Below, piece after piece: positions 50,431 through 60,092 of a DNA stretch of 64,000 nucleotides (position 1 is the stretch's first letter; the number at the start of each line of letters is the position of its first letter). The notes beneath the pieces are model-generated. The model worked only from the letters and a program-made list of their open reading frames with translations, had not been told where the DNA came from and searched no databases. This stretch comes from a virus (taxonomy: Duplodnaviria; Caudoviricetes). The translations under genes were made by a program, and so were the position numbers. Location of the stretch: IMG/VR virus record IMGVR_UViG_2884152688_000003, positions 32,001 through 96,000 of that record; one strand, 5' to 3'.

Positions 50431-51465
50431 ATGGTGATAAACATCAGTAAGAAAGTATACAATAATTTCCAGACACCAGAAAAATGGGATAATGTTAATA
50501 AACACAATAAGGAATTAATAAAAGATTATGAATTAGAACTCAAGGCTAGAGCTTTATCGGAAAAAACGATAGAACAATATAAAAATGATTTAAAGATATT
50601 TGCATGCTATACACATGATGAACTTGAAAATAAGCCATTTTACAAGGTCACAAAGAAAGAAATTAGAAACTTTGTTATAGATTTACAAGAAAAAAACGTA
50701 TCACCGGCAAGAATCAATAGATTGCTTTCAGCGATACGAACAATGTTAGATTATGCTACAGAAGATGATGATTATGAAGATCAGTATGCAACTAATGTAG
50801 CAAGTAAAATAAAGGGATTAAAGAAAGATTCAGTAAGAGAAATAGTATTCTTAACTAGAAAAGAAGTAGACACTTTATATGACATATTAGTCTCTAAAAA
50901 AAGATATCAAGAGGCATTACTTTTAGCATTACTTATAGATACAGCCGCAAGAAAAAATGAAATATTCCAAATCAAAAAGAGTAGCATAACAAAAAAGGGG
51001 AAACTAACAAATAAAGTTACTGGAAAAGGTAATAAAAGATTTAGCTTGTCTTATAATATGCTTACTAAAAAAACATTCCCTCTATATTTAGAGCAAAGAG
51101 GTGAGGATGATAAAGATTTTCTATGGTATAAGAAAGATACTGTAAATGGTATTGTTGAATTAACACCACACAGATTCTATTCATGGATAAAGAGTTGGAA
51201 TAAGTTGCTTGAAAAAGAGACCGGTATACATAAAAATTTCAATATACATAGTTTTAGACATACAGCTCTTGAGTTATTAAGCACTGGAGAACATTATATA
51301 TGTGAGTTAATGGGAGTAAAGAAGTTTGAATTAAGCGACTTACAGATCTTAGCAAATCACAATGATATATCTATAACCAATTCTTATTTAAAAGATAAGA
51401 CTGAAGACGAACTTGTCAATAAATTCCACGTGGAGGATGATGAGGATGGTGATGATGAGTGGTAG
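50431..51465 (+). CDS. Tyrosine recombinase (XerC/D-like)
   Basis: SAM-like N-terminus and catalytic R (TAARKNE), HSFRH, H (ANH) and Y (NSY). Confidence 0.9.
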   Translation: MVINISKKVYNNFQTPEKWDNVNKHNKELIKDYELELKARALSEKTIEQYKNDLKIFACYTHDELENKPFYKVTKKEIRNFVIDLQEKNVSPARINRLLSAIRTMLDYATEDDDYEDQYATNVASKIKGLKKDSVREIVFLTRKEVDTLYDILVSKKRYQEALLLALLIDTAARKNEIFQIKKSSITKKGKLTNKVTGKGNKRFSLSYNMLTKKTFPLYLEQRGEDDKDFLWYKKDTVNGIVELTPHRFYSWIKSWNKLLEKETGIHKNFNIHSFRHTALELLSTGEHYICELMGVKKFELSDLQILANHNDISITNSYLKDKTEDELVNKFHVEDDEDGDDEW

Positions 51466-52400
51466 AGAAAAGAAAATACAACGACTTGAAACATGGTGAG
51501 TTTTTTTTACCAGAAGAATTGGATAATATTGATTTTCCAGATATACCACCTCATATAAAATTACTAAACCCTCAAGTTATGTGGGAAAAGGGTATCACTG
51601 GTGAAGGGGTTAAAGTTGCCATAATTGACTCTGGATGTGATATAAATAACCCTCTATTGAAAGGGAAGATATCTCATATATGCAACTTAACTAGAGATGA
51701 TGATGGTGACAGGGCTAATGTTACAGACTATTCGGGGCATGGAACCCATGTTGCATCAATAATAGCATCAGACAATTATAACGACTTAGTTGTAGGAATA
51801 GCACCAAATGTAAAGCTTATGATATATAAAGTAATAGAAAAAGATGGACAAGCTAGATATGAAAACATAGCTAGAGCCATATATGCGGCAATACAATCTG
51901 GTGCTGACATTCTTAATATCAGTTTAGGGGGGAGTCAAGAGGCACCCCAAATTCACGAGGCTATTAAAAGTGCAATTAAGATGAATGTTTGTGTTGTAGT
52001 TGCGGCAGGAAATGGGGGCAATGGTGAAAGTGATTTATCAGGCTTATGGTTTCCGTCTTGTTATCCAGAATCAATCCAGGTAGGGTCTATAGGTTCTAAT
52101 AAAAAGGCTTCCAAATTTACAACAACAAATCACTTTACTGACTGTGTTGCAGTGGGGGAGAAGGTGCTTGGTTTATCTCAAGAGGGTGGATTTGAAGTAC
52201 TTAATGGTACATCTCAGGCTGCACCCATAGTATCAGCTTCTCTTGCCTTGCTAAAAGAGTGGGCTAAGAAAGAGTTCAAAAGAGACCCTAGTGAATCAGA
52301 GCTATATTCTCTACTCATCAAAAACACTAAGACTATCAAGGGTGTGTCTAGAAACGCTCAAGGAAAAGGATACGTAGTATTTAATAAAAATACACTATAA
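51459..52400 (+). CDS. Subtilisin-like serine protease (S8, intracellular Isp-like)
   Basis: AIIDSG, GHGTHVAS, AAGN and GTSQAAP motifs, no signal peptide. Confidence 0.92.
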   Translation: MVEKRKYNDLKHGEFFLPEELDNIDFPDIPPHIKLLNPQVMWEKGITGEGVKVAIIDSGCDINNPLLKGKISHICNLTRDDDGDRANVTDYSGHGTHVASIIASDNYNDLVVGIAPNVKLMIYKVIEKDGQARYENIARAIYAAIQSGADILNISLGGSQEAPQIHEAIKSAIKMNVCVVVAAGNGGNGESDLSGLWFPSCYPESIQVGSIGSNKKASKFTTTNHFTDCVAVGEKVLGLSQEGGFEVLNGTSQAAPIVSASLALLKEWAKKEFKRDPSESELYSLLIKNTKTIKGVSRNAQGKGYVVFNKNTL

Positions 52401-52431
52401 AAGCCATGCGTTAGCATGGCTTCCTTTTTTT
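52400..52431. terminator. Bidirectional terminator between convergent genome arms
   Basis: AAGCCATGC-gtta-GCATGGCTT with A and T tracts. Confidence 0.8.
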
Positions 52432-52433
52432 GT

Positions 52434-53579
52434 TTACATATTTATTTTCTTATTTACAGCGCTCACACTTGCTTTATTGACATCTTTAAATAAATGTACA
52501 TAAATGTCTTTTGTTGTCCTAATGTTTTTGTGATTTAAGAGTTTGCTTATTTCCTTGATAGATAAACCATCTTCATTAAGCATTGTGGCATATGAGTGCC
52601 TTAATCCATGGAAAGTCACACCTTCTATTCCATTTTCATTCATAATTTTTTTAAATTTTATACTTAAAGAAGATGGATTTGTTAGCTCGAACTTTCTATT
52701 TAAGAACAGTAGGTTTTCTATATTTTTTGCACCTGGTGTGGACATTTTTTTATCCCAAATTAACTTATACTCCATTAAATTTTCCTTTAAAGCATCAGGT
52801 ATAGCAAGATATAATGGTTCTTTATTTTTAGTATATGGTTGAAGAGTAGGTTTTTTATTCTCATCCCTAACTATTATTTGATTTATTGTAATAATATTTT
52901 CATCTAGGTCTATATTGTCCCAACTTAATCCTAATATTTCTGATTCTCTAAGACCTAGTGACGCACCTAATAACATTTGGAGACCTATATCAGTGCCCTT
53001 TGTCTTTTTTAATATCTCATTTAAAACGTCATAGTCTAAAACATTATCTTTTGCTTTTTTAGGATTTCTTCCCCATATTTTTAGACCTACAGTTATATCT
53101 CTATCTATAAAATTATTTTGTAAAGCATAATGAACACCTTTTCTTATTACAGCAACTATTATATTTACAGTAGATTTTGACAATGTTTCAGCTTTCTTGT
53201 CTATAAAATCTTGCAAGTCCTTCGTTGTCATTCTAGAAACTATATAATCAGAGATACCATTTTTCTCGTCATTTATATGACTGTTATATGCCCCCATATA
53301 TGCATTGTAAGTGTTTCCAGATTTATATTCTCCACGTTCTCTTTCTTTTTTAAAAGCTTCTTCTATGCATTCACCAAATCTTTTCTTATGGTTTATCTCA
53401 CCGATTGTCTTTATCTCACCAGTATTAATTTTTCTTTGTATCTCTTCTCTGTTTATTTCTGCAGCTTCTCTTGTTTCAAAAACTTTAATTCTCTTGTATT
53501 TTATTTTATCTGTTAATTTGTCTCTATAACTAATCGCTGTTTCTAATTTTCCTTTATTTTTTCTAATAACTGCCCTCAT
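52434..53579 (-). CDS. int: Phage integrase (tyrosine recombinase)
   Basis: Arm-binding N-terminus, GLRESEILGL, FHGLRHSYAT, LNH...IYVH. Confidence 0.92.
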   Translation of the reverse strand: MRAVIRKNKGKLETAISYRDKLTDKIKYKRIKVFETREAAEINREEIQRKINTGEIKTIGEINHKKRFGECIEEAFKKERERGEYKSGNTYNAYMGAYNSHINDEKNGISDYIVSRMTTKDLQDFIDKKAETLSKSTVNIIVAVIRKGVHYALQNNFIDRDITVGLKIWGRNPKKAKDNVLDYDVLNEILKKTKGTDIGLQMLLGASLGLRESEILGLSWDNIDLDENIITINQIIVRDENKKPTLQPYTKNKEPLYLAIPDALKENLMEYKLIWDKKMSTPGAKNIENLLFLNRKFELTNPSSLSIKFKKIMNENGIEGVTFHGLRHSYATMLNEDGLSIKEISKLLNHKNIRTTKDIYVHLFKDVNKASVSAVNKKINM

Positions 53580-53675
53580 GATATACCTCCTTGTTTATTA
53601 TTATGATTATATTATATCATTAAGTTTAACTAATATCAACAGTTATTTAAGATTAAATAAAAAATAGCCTTATGG

Positions 53676-53918
53676 CTACTTTTTATCTCCATTAAAGAAT
53701 TTAAAATCCATAGAGTTACCATTTACTACCATGTCAAAAGCCTCTCTAAGGCATTGCATATAGTATATTTTATCCTCATCTGTGGCTTCCAAATCCTTTA
53801 TTACTTCCTTTACAAATGATGTGTGAGTCATATATTGCTTGATTATCTCATCTAACTCTCTTTCATCACAATATATTTCTTGACTGCCATCTACTTTATT
53901 ATTTGTTATTGTTAACAT
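53676..53918 (-). CDS. Hypothetical protein
   Basis: 80-aa ORF overlapping the RuvC stop. Confidence 0.65.
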   Translation of the reverse strand: MLTITNNKVDGSQEIYCDERELDEIIKQYMTHTSFVKEVIKDLEATDEDKIYYMQCLREAFDMVVNGNSMDFKFFNGDKK

Positions 53919-54403
53919 TCCGCCTCTCTTCCTACTGCGATTGCTATGCCTATAGCATCATATATATCGCTTGTTTTTTTCTTGCCAGTCTTGTCGCTAT
54001 ATTCACCAATGTCAATGCAATTTTCTTGAATATATTTAGCAACCTCATCTTTTTTTGCTCTACCACTTCCTGTAATTATCTTTTTAACTGTGGTTGGTGC
54101 TAGGTATACAGTTTTAATAGAACATTCTTTATAGACCATTCTACAAACAGCACCTAAAAGTTTCCTCAATACCATAATAGTAGCTGTTCTGCTGGATATG
54201 AACTGATTTTCTATTCCCACAAGTTCAATTTTGTTTTCATATTTCTTAATTATATTTTTAATTTCATCTACTATATAGTTGATCCTTTCATCTTCGCTTT
54301 CAAACTTATCTTTTTTTGTTTCTATTTTACCACTTAAAATAACGTTTTCTTTATTATCTACAACACTATATCCTGTTGATGTCATAGATAAATCTAATCC
54401 CAA
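53912..54403 (-). CDS. ruvC: RuvC-like Holliday junction resolvase
   Basis: GLDLSMTSTG, IENQF, GSGRAKKDEV, DIYDAIGIA. Confidence 0.9.
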   Translation of the reverse strand: MGLDLSMTSTGYSVVDNKENVILSGKIETKKDKFESEDERINYIVDEIKNIIKKYENKIELVGIENQFISSRTATIMVLRKLLGAVCRMVYKECSIKTVYLAPTTVKKIITGSGRAKKDEVAKYIQENCIDIGEYSDKTGKKKTSDIYDAIGIAIAVGREAEC

Positions 54404-54423
54404 TATTAACAGTTTACCACCCC

Positions 54424-54606
54424 TTAATATAATTCATAATGTTTTATATGTGTTCTCATAGCTTTTTCTAATTCTTCACCAATTATAGAAGATAGAATCA
54501 CACTTTCATTGCTATCCAACCCTTCATATTGCTTGGCAAAGAATATCTTTATTTCTTTTCTTATTTCATTTTGTCTACTTAAAAAATATTCTTTTTTATT
54601 TTCCAT
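54424..54606 (-). CDS. Hypothetical protein
   Basis: 60-aa ORF with AGGTGA RBS. Confidence 0.6.
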   Translation of the reverse strand: MENKKEYFLSRQNEIRKEIKIFFAKQYEGLDSNESVILSSIIGEELEKAMRTHIKHYELY

Positions 54607-54615
54607 GTTATCACC

Positions 54616-54825
54616 TTAATTCAGTGGTTCTTTTTCAGCCATAATCATTTTTTGGTATATTTTTTTACCATCTTCAAAAAGGTTATCAAAAGCCTCATCA
54701 GCTTGTTTACCCCTACCATACTGTGTTCTCATGTTTGCAATTAAAACTAAAAACTCTGCGGTTAAGGTTGTTATATCACCTTTTATAGTTCCTTTATTAT
54801 TTTTACTTAAATCTATATGTATCAT
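54616..54825 (-). CDS. Hypothetical protein
   Basis: 69-aa ORF with GGGAG RBS. Confidence 0.6.
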   Translation of the reverse strand: MIHIDLSKNNKGTIKGDITTLTAEFLVLIANMRTQYGRGKQADEAFDNLFEDGKKIYQKMIMAEKEPLN

Positions 54826-55107
54826 TTATATGCTCTCCCATTTCAATATTTTATTACAACTTACTTCATATTCATCACTTTTTGATAAAATTGTTATTCT
54901 ATTTGATCTCGCAATTAGGTTTTCTTCATATTCATTGACTATTTCGCTTATTAGTGATTTTATATCCTCTTGATAATAAACCTTTTTATTTTCAATTTTA
55001 AAAAATCTAAGTTGAACCACATATGTTATTATTATCAGCTTTGTACCATTTTCACGAGAATCCAATAAGAAGTTCAATAATTGTCTTCTTTTACTCATAC
55101 TATTCAT
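54826..55107 (-). CDS. Hypothetical protein
   Basis: 93-aa ORF tightly packed in the operon. Confidence 0.6.
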   Translation of the reverse strand: MNSMSKRRQLLNFLLDSRENGTKLIIITYVVQLRFFKIENKKVYYQEDIKSLISEIVNEYEENLIARSNRITILSKSDEYEVSCNKILKWESI

Positions 55108-55108
55108 A

Positions 55109-55645
55109 TTATATATTCTCCAATCGCACTATTTTGGTTGGTTCTTCATCTTCCCATTTTATTGAAGGAAATTTACACTTAAGCCCTTCTAATTTTTTTG
55201 CATCTATAGACTTCCAATATCCCCATTCTTTAAGTTTTATTGGCACTTCTTTTTCACCATATACCCTTCCGTTTTCGTCTTTAGAAATCCAGTTACATTC
55301 TTCATCAATATACTTCATTGCTTTTAACTCTTCATCACTACACTTTTGAACTGTCTTGGTAGCCACGTGGTCTACGTCGTCTTCATCAATACATTGTTCA
55401 TATTGATTGTATACTCTGTCTACTGTATGATATACAATCGTTATTTCGTCATCGTAATAATCAAGAAACTGTATATCTTCAATCTCATATATAAATTTAC
55501 CTTCCACAATCTTGTCACCAATTTTATACATTGGCCTTGGGTTTAATCCAAATTCTTTTCTAATTATATCTATAATTACTTCAGGATTTTTCACTTCAAG
55601 TGTAAATTTAATTCTTTTGTTTAATTCCATTTGTATTTTCTCCAT
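55109..55645 (-). CDS. Hypothetical phage protein
   Basis: 178-aa ORF ending FPSIKWEDEEP. Confidence 0.65.
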   Translation of the reverse strand: MEKIQMELNKRIKFTLEVKNPEVIIDIIRKEFGLNPRPMYKIGDKIVEGKFIYEIEDIQFLDYYDDEITIVYHTVDRVYNQYEQCIDEDDVDHVATKTVQKCSDEELKAMKYIDEECNWISKDENGRVYGEKEVPIKLKEWGYWKSIDAKKLEGLKCKFPSIKWEDEEPTKIVRLENI

Positions 55646-55694
55646 TTTATCTCTATTTTTTTAATTTTCACATAATAAAAGGACGATTTTATTG

Positions 55695-56012
55695 CTACAC
55701 TCTATATATTGTGACATTCTGTTCCCCTTTATCTATCTCTAATTCAACCAATGAACCTGTGATTTCTGACCTCTCAATACCTTTAGAAATAGTATATGTG
55801 GCTTTAGTCTCATTTAATAATATTAATTTATCTATAATGTACTGCTTAGAATACTTATATCCCATTTTTTCCATTTCTTGATTTAATAGATCTACATATA
55901 TCGTTGTAGATCTAACTTTATTATCATGCGTTTTAGTTAACAATACATATAAATCTATTTCTGACTTTCTCAACTCTGATAATATTATTTCTTTAATTAA
56001 TTCTTTTTTCAT
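55695..56012 (-). CDS. Hypothetical protein
   Basis: 105-aa ORF with AAGGAG RBS. Confidence 0.65.
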   Translation of the reverse strand: MKKELIKEIILSELRKSEIDLYVLLTKTHDNKVRSTTIYVDLLNQEMEKMGYKYSKQYIIDKLILLNETKATYTISKGIERSEITGSLVELEIDKGEQNVTIYRV

Positions 56013-56024
56013 TTTTAATTCTCC

Positions 56025-56201
56025 TTAAATTTTATTTATTAATTTTCTTATTCCTTCTATTATGCATAGAAACACCTCTATAATTAGCATTGCTATAAAT
56101 ATCATCGTTCCTATACATAATAATGGTACTGCTACTACTATCCATAATGGCATGAGTAATATGACAGCTAAGATGTCATAACCATTAGACATTTGTTTCA
56201 T
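56025..56201 (-). CDS. Small membrane protein
   Basis: Long hydrophobic stretch, overlapping the ligase end. Confidence 0.55.
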   Translation of the reverse strand: MKQMSNGYDILAVILLMPLWIVVAVPLLCIGTMIFIAMLIIEVFLCIIEGIRKLINKI

Positions 56202-57510
56202 TTTTATCATCCCTTATTCTATGGTTGTAGCTTGCAAATCCTAAGGCATAGCCTAGTCCCGACTCATTCTGTGTTATTTTTTGGTATTTAACTTCTATAA
56301 TTTTATTTAAATAATATTCTTTATTATTCCAAATATCATATCTTTCATCTTCTGTAAATCCAGAACCCACATTACATCTATTAGGAATGCCGTCATATCT
56401 AAACTCAACTACTAACGAACCTAGTACCCCTTTATTCTTTCCATTACCTTCTATAAAGTCAACTATCCTAACATCAGCAATTAAATCCTTCTTTAGTTTC
56501 AATATAGCATCTGTTCTCATTCCTTTATAAGGGGCATCAGCAAGGTTTATCATTATTCCTTCTTTCCCCATGTCATCACATTCCTCAAGCATTTCCATTA
56601 GCTGAAAGTGACTGACTTTCCCAACCCTATAGAAGTCCATATCCTCTGTTGTGAAGACTATATTGCTATCAAGTGTACTTAATGTGTTTATTAAGTCATT
56701 ATGTCTATCTATATATGGAGCATCTGAATAACCTTCAAAGAAGTCTTCTACATCCACTTTATCAAAAGCTATAAATGAAATATCTTTTTTATCAGATAAT
56801 TTTAAATTTATAACAGAACAAGTTTTTTGAAATCTTTCTTCTTCAGTATCAAAAACTCCCATATGAAGCAGTTCACCGTCATAAACAGCACTAGGAACTT
56901 TGTCTGATTTAAATATTTCTTTTAATTCATCCAACCCAAATATTTCTTTTCCTTGTCTTGAGAACATTGATACATTGCCATCTTTATCTTTAATTATGGC
57001 ACATCTCACACCATCTATTTTTTCAGAAACAACGTATTCCTTATCATAATCAAAGAATCCCTTCTCAACCCTTTCCATGTACCCTTTAGCTCTCATAAAC
57101 TCTAGTATGGTGATAGACTCAGGGATTACTTTATTTAAGGTTTTTGCAGTAAGGCCTATCTTCAAAGTCTTAGTTATTAACCCTATTATAGTTTCTCTAT
57201 ACTGTTCTGGGTATAAATATAGAAATGACTTTACTATAGCTAAATCTTCTTTTCTTCCTGTATTATTTTTCTTTAAATACTCCAATAAGTCCATTAGACA
57301 CATATTTGGATGTTCATCATATTTAATTCTTTTTCCTATTTTTTTCCTATCTATTCCAGTAGTTATTGCTGGATCTAGAAGAAACTTAACAACTTCTATG
57401 GTTGGTGATTCTTTATCCGATAACTCTTTAATGTATGCTTGTTTATCATTAACACTTTTTATATCTTTTAATTTTGTTAGTTCTTCAAATATTAATGTAT
57501 CTTTATGCAT
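56185..57510 (-). CDS. ATP-dependent DNA ligase
   Basis: EKIDGVR (motif I), YDGEL, AFD, EGIMI, LKLK, VGSGF. Confidence 0.93.
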   Translation of the reverse strand: MHKDTLIFEELTKLKDIKSVNDKQAYIKELSDKESPTIEVVKFLLDPAITTGIDRKKIGKRIKYDEHPNMCLMDLLEYLKKNNTGRKEDLAIVKSFLYLYPEQYRETIIGLITKTLKIGLTAKTLNKVIPESITILEFMRAKGYMERVEKGFFDYDKEYVVSEKIDGVRCAIIKDKDGNVSMFSRQGKEIFGLDELKEIFKSDKVPSAVYDGELLHMGVFDTEEERFQKTCSVINLKLSDKKDISFIAFDKVDVEDFFEGYSDAPYIDRHNDLINTLSTLDSNIVFTTEDMDFYRVGKVSHFQLMEMLEECDDMGKEGIMINLADAPYKGMRTDAILKLKKDLIADVRIVDFIEGNGKNKGVLGSLVVEFRYDGIPNRCNVGSGFTEDERYDIWNNKEYYLNKIIEVKYQKITQNESGLGYALGFASYNHRIRDDKNETNV

Positions 57511-57992
57511 TATTTATCTCCTTTGTATGCGTATGTATAAGCTATTTCATTTTCCATATCTCTAGCTATTGTTAATAAACATTCTTCGTTCTCTTCTATT
57601 TTTATATTATAGTAATCTTCCATTATCCCATAATATTTTTTATTTATAACAACTTCTGCTATATCATATAATGGAGAATTAAAACACTCTTCAGTCTCTT
57701 GATTTATTTGGTTTAGAACACAATTGAATACATTCCTATTGAAAAGTTCACCACCATAGAACATCTTTTCTACACCCACAGAGTATAATTCTTTCGATAG
57801 TTCTCTTAGTAGTTTTGTTACCTTTAATATGTAATCTATATCTAAGTCATGTTCTTTCTTCTTAATATAGTTCAAGTCGCCCTTTTCTATGCTAATCTCA
57901 CAAAAAGAACCTTCTAAAAGTTCATCTATTAATTGTTTTGCCTCAAGTGCCTTTCCTTCAAAATCATAATTACAAAGTGCTAAATTCTGCAT
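57510..57992 (-). CDS. Hypothetical protein
   Basis: 160-aa ORF with AAGGAG RBS. Confidence 0.65.
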   Translation of the reverse strand: MQNLALCNYDFEGKALEAKQLIDELLEGSFCEISIEKGDLNYIKKKEHDLDIDYILKVTKLLRELSKELYSVGVEKMFYGGELFNRNVFNCVLNQINQETEECFNSPLYDIAEVVINKKYYGIMEDYYNIKIEENEECLLTIARDMENEIAYTYAYKGDK

Positions 57993-58010
57993 TTTAATTC
58001 TCCTTATATT

Positions 58011-58706
58011 TTAATTTAATTCATTTATTCTATACATTGTATCTTTTGCTATTCTGTTGACTTTTGCAGCCCAGTTACCGCCTACACAATATTTTGAACC
58101 TATTTTAGAAACTGATATTCTGTCCTTTTTTGTGTTACCTGTATATATGTATCCTTTACTCAAAAAATCTTGCATATATAATAATGATTGTTTTTTATCA
58201 GAAAATCCCAAATATCCATATGTTTTTCTTGTTTTTCCATTCTTGTCCGTTGTGAGATATGCTCCTTTGATTCCTCCCACATTATTTTTAACCCTATATA
58301 GATAGCTTGATCCGTTCCAGCTTTCTAATCTTATTACCGATATTAGGAATAATGCGTTTATAGGTTTTTCACTATGTTCTATTTGATATAGGGTTGGTGC
58401 AAGTTCTTTCATTCTAGCTGGGAGAAGCTGTTTAATCTCATCTTGAGACAAACAAGATATTACTCTAACATCATTCTGACTGTAACCACCCACTCTTTTC
58501 TTCTTAGCTGTCTTAGTCTCTTCTAATTTTGTATATGTTTCAAGCTCTAACTCTGGTTCTTCCATCTCTATTAGTTGTTCTTCAATTGCCATGGAATCAT
58601 ATTCCTCAATATTATTTTCGATATCATTAGCAAAAATCGGATTGATCGTTCCTACTAGTAGTATTGTGGTCGCTAGGCTTAGCGCCATTCTCTTCTTAAA
58701 ACTCAA
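58011..58706 (-). CDS. Secreted glucosaminidase/lysozyme-like protein
   Basis: Signal peptide, INALFLISVIRLES, NNVGGIK, KYC...WA motifs. Confidence 0.7.
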   Translation of the reverse strand: MSFKKRMALSLATTILLVGTINPIFANDIENNIEEYDSMAIEEQLIEMEEPELELETYTKLEETKTAKKKRVGGYSQNDVRVISCLSQDEIKQLLPARMKELAPTLYQIEHSEKPINALFLISVIRLESWNGSSYLYRVKNNVGGIKGAYLTTDKNGKTRKTYGYLGFSDKKQSLLYMQDFLSKGYIYTGNTKKDRISVSKIGSKYCVGGNWAAKVNRIAKDTMYRINELN

Positions 58707-58766
58707 ATTAATTCTCCATTCTCTTTTTATTTTTTTAACTTTTAAATTATGTTATGTCACTGCTAT

Positions 58767-59951
58767 TTAAACTGCTATTTTTTCACATTTATAGACAATG
58801 TTTAACATAGACTCTGGAATCTCTTTTATAATTTCTTCTAGCACATTTACAACTATGCTGTTACCAGCTTGCTTGTACAGTTGTGAATTACTATTTACTT
58901 TTTCTGCTTTTTTAAAATCTTCTACATCAAACCCCATTAATTTCCAGTATTCACATGGGGTTAACTTTCTAATATGTGTTTTACTATCTACAACCCCTAT
59001 TGATGGTTGGGTAGTTAATGTTTGAGACTTTTGTTCACCTACTCTTCCACGTCTAGTCTTGCTGTCTGGATAAGCTAAATTCACACTATCACCTACGTTT
59101 GCAACTTGGTATCCCTTCTTTGTAGCATTTTTTATGTACAAAGGCCCACTAGATACACTTTTTGTTAATTGGTTTTTTGTGACTAAAGTGGGACATATAT
59201 TGTTTTTTCTTACTCTTAACCCCTCATCATATCTAAAGTCTGCTACACATTTTGGGCCTTTATAATCTCTTGCACATAGAGTCCCTACTACTTCTGTCGA
59301 CATTCTAGCCCTATTGGAACTATATGTAGAATAAAGTATTTTATCAACTTGTTCTTGAGTTAAATAAAATTTTTCATCAACTTCTTCATCTAGTAAATCA
59401 TACAATGTTAATTCCAATGGTTTCTTTTTAGGGAATTGATATTTTTCTTCACCTAAAAAACTTATCACAAAAATTCGTTCTCTACTTTGAGGTATTCCAT
59501 AATCTGTTGCTGACAGAACTTCATAGTTACTTGTGTATCCTAAATTTTCTAAGGATTCTATGTAGTTATCAAAGTTATGTTTATGTCTTTTAGAAATAAC
59601 ATTTTTTACGTTTTCCCAAACAACAACTTTAGGTCTTATTTTCTCTATAATCCTCACACTTTCATGCATAAGGCTTGAACGTGTCCCACTTCCTTTGTCA
59701 CCACCTTTGTTGCTACCAGCTATGCTATAATCCTGGCATGGACTTCCATGTATTATAACGTCCACATTATCAAAATTCTTGTCCCATTGTGTTATGTCTT
59801 GTGGTTCAAATGAAGTTCCATTTAATGCATTGTATGATGCTACAGCATATTTATCTATTTCTACATAATCCAAGACTTCATGCTCTATCTCAAGTCTATT
59901 TAATGCTTTTGTAAATGCACCAATTCCACCAAATAATTCTATAATTCTCAA
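58767..59951 (-). CDS. DNA cytosine-5 methyltransferase (orphan)
   Basis: ELFGGIG, GSPCQD, WENV, QSRER, QAGNS motifs. No restriction enzyme adjacent. Confidence 0.95.
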   Translation of the reverse strand: MRIIELFGGIGAFTKALNRLEIEHEVLDYVEIDKYAVASYNALNGTSFEPQDITQWDKNFDNVDVIIHGSPCQDYSIAGSNKGGDKGSGTRSSLMHESVRIIEKIRPKVVVWENVKNVISKRHKHNFDNYIESLENLGYTSNYEVLSATDYGIPQSRERIFVISFLGEEKYQFPKKKPLELTLYDLLDEEVDEKFYLTQEQVDKILYSTYSSNRARMSTEVVGTLCARDYKGPKCVADFRYDEGLRVRKNNICPTLVTKNQLTKSVSSGPLYIKNATKKGYQVANVGDSVNLAYPDSKTRRGRVGEQKSQTLTTQPSIGVVDSKTHIRKLTPCEYWKLMGFDVEDFKKAEKVNSNSQLYKQAGNSIVVNVLEEIIKEIPESMLNIVYKCEKIAV

Positions 59952-60063
59952 ATTTTCCTCCTTATAATTGACTTAACATAAAATTTATGCTAACATAAAA
60001 GGGCATAGAAATCCCTTTGTTTATGCTTTCGCACAACATATTTTGTTTTTCTACTACCCTTTC

Positions 60064-60092
60064 ATGATACTATAATTTAATTGTTATGTCAA
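60064..60092 (-). promoter_or_regulatory. Promoter upstream of the methyltransferase
   Basis: TTGACA-17bp-TATCAT on the minus strand. Confidence 0.6.

Noticed and set aside
53580-53675. attP next to the integrase
   Set aside because: Only a promoter-like sequence and a terminator are visible. No core or arm repeats could be supported.
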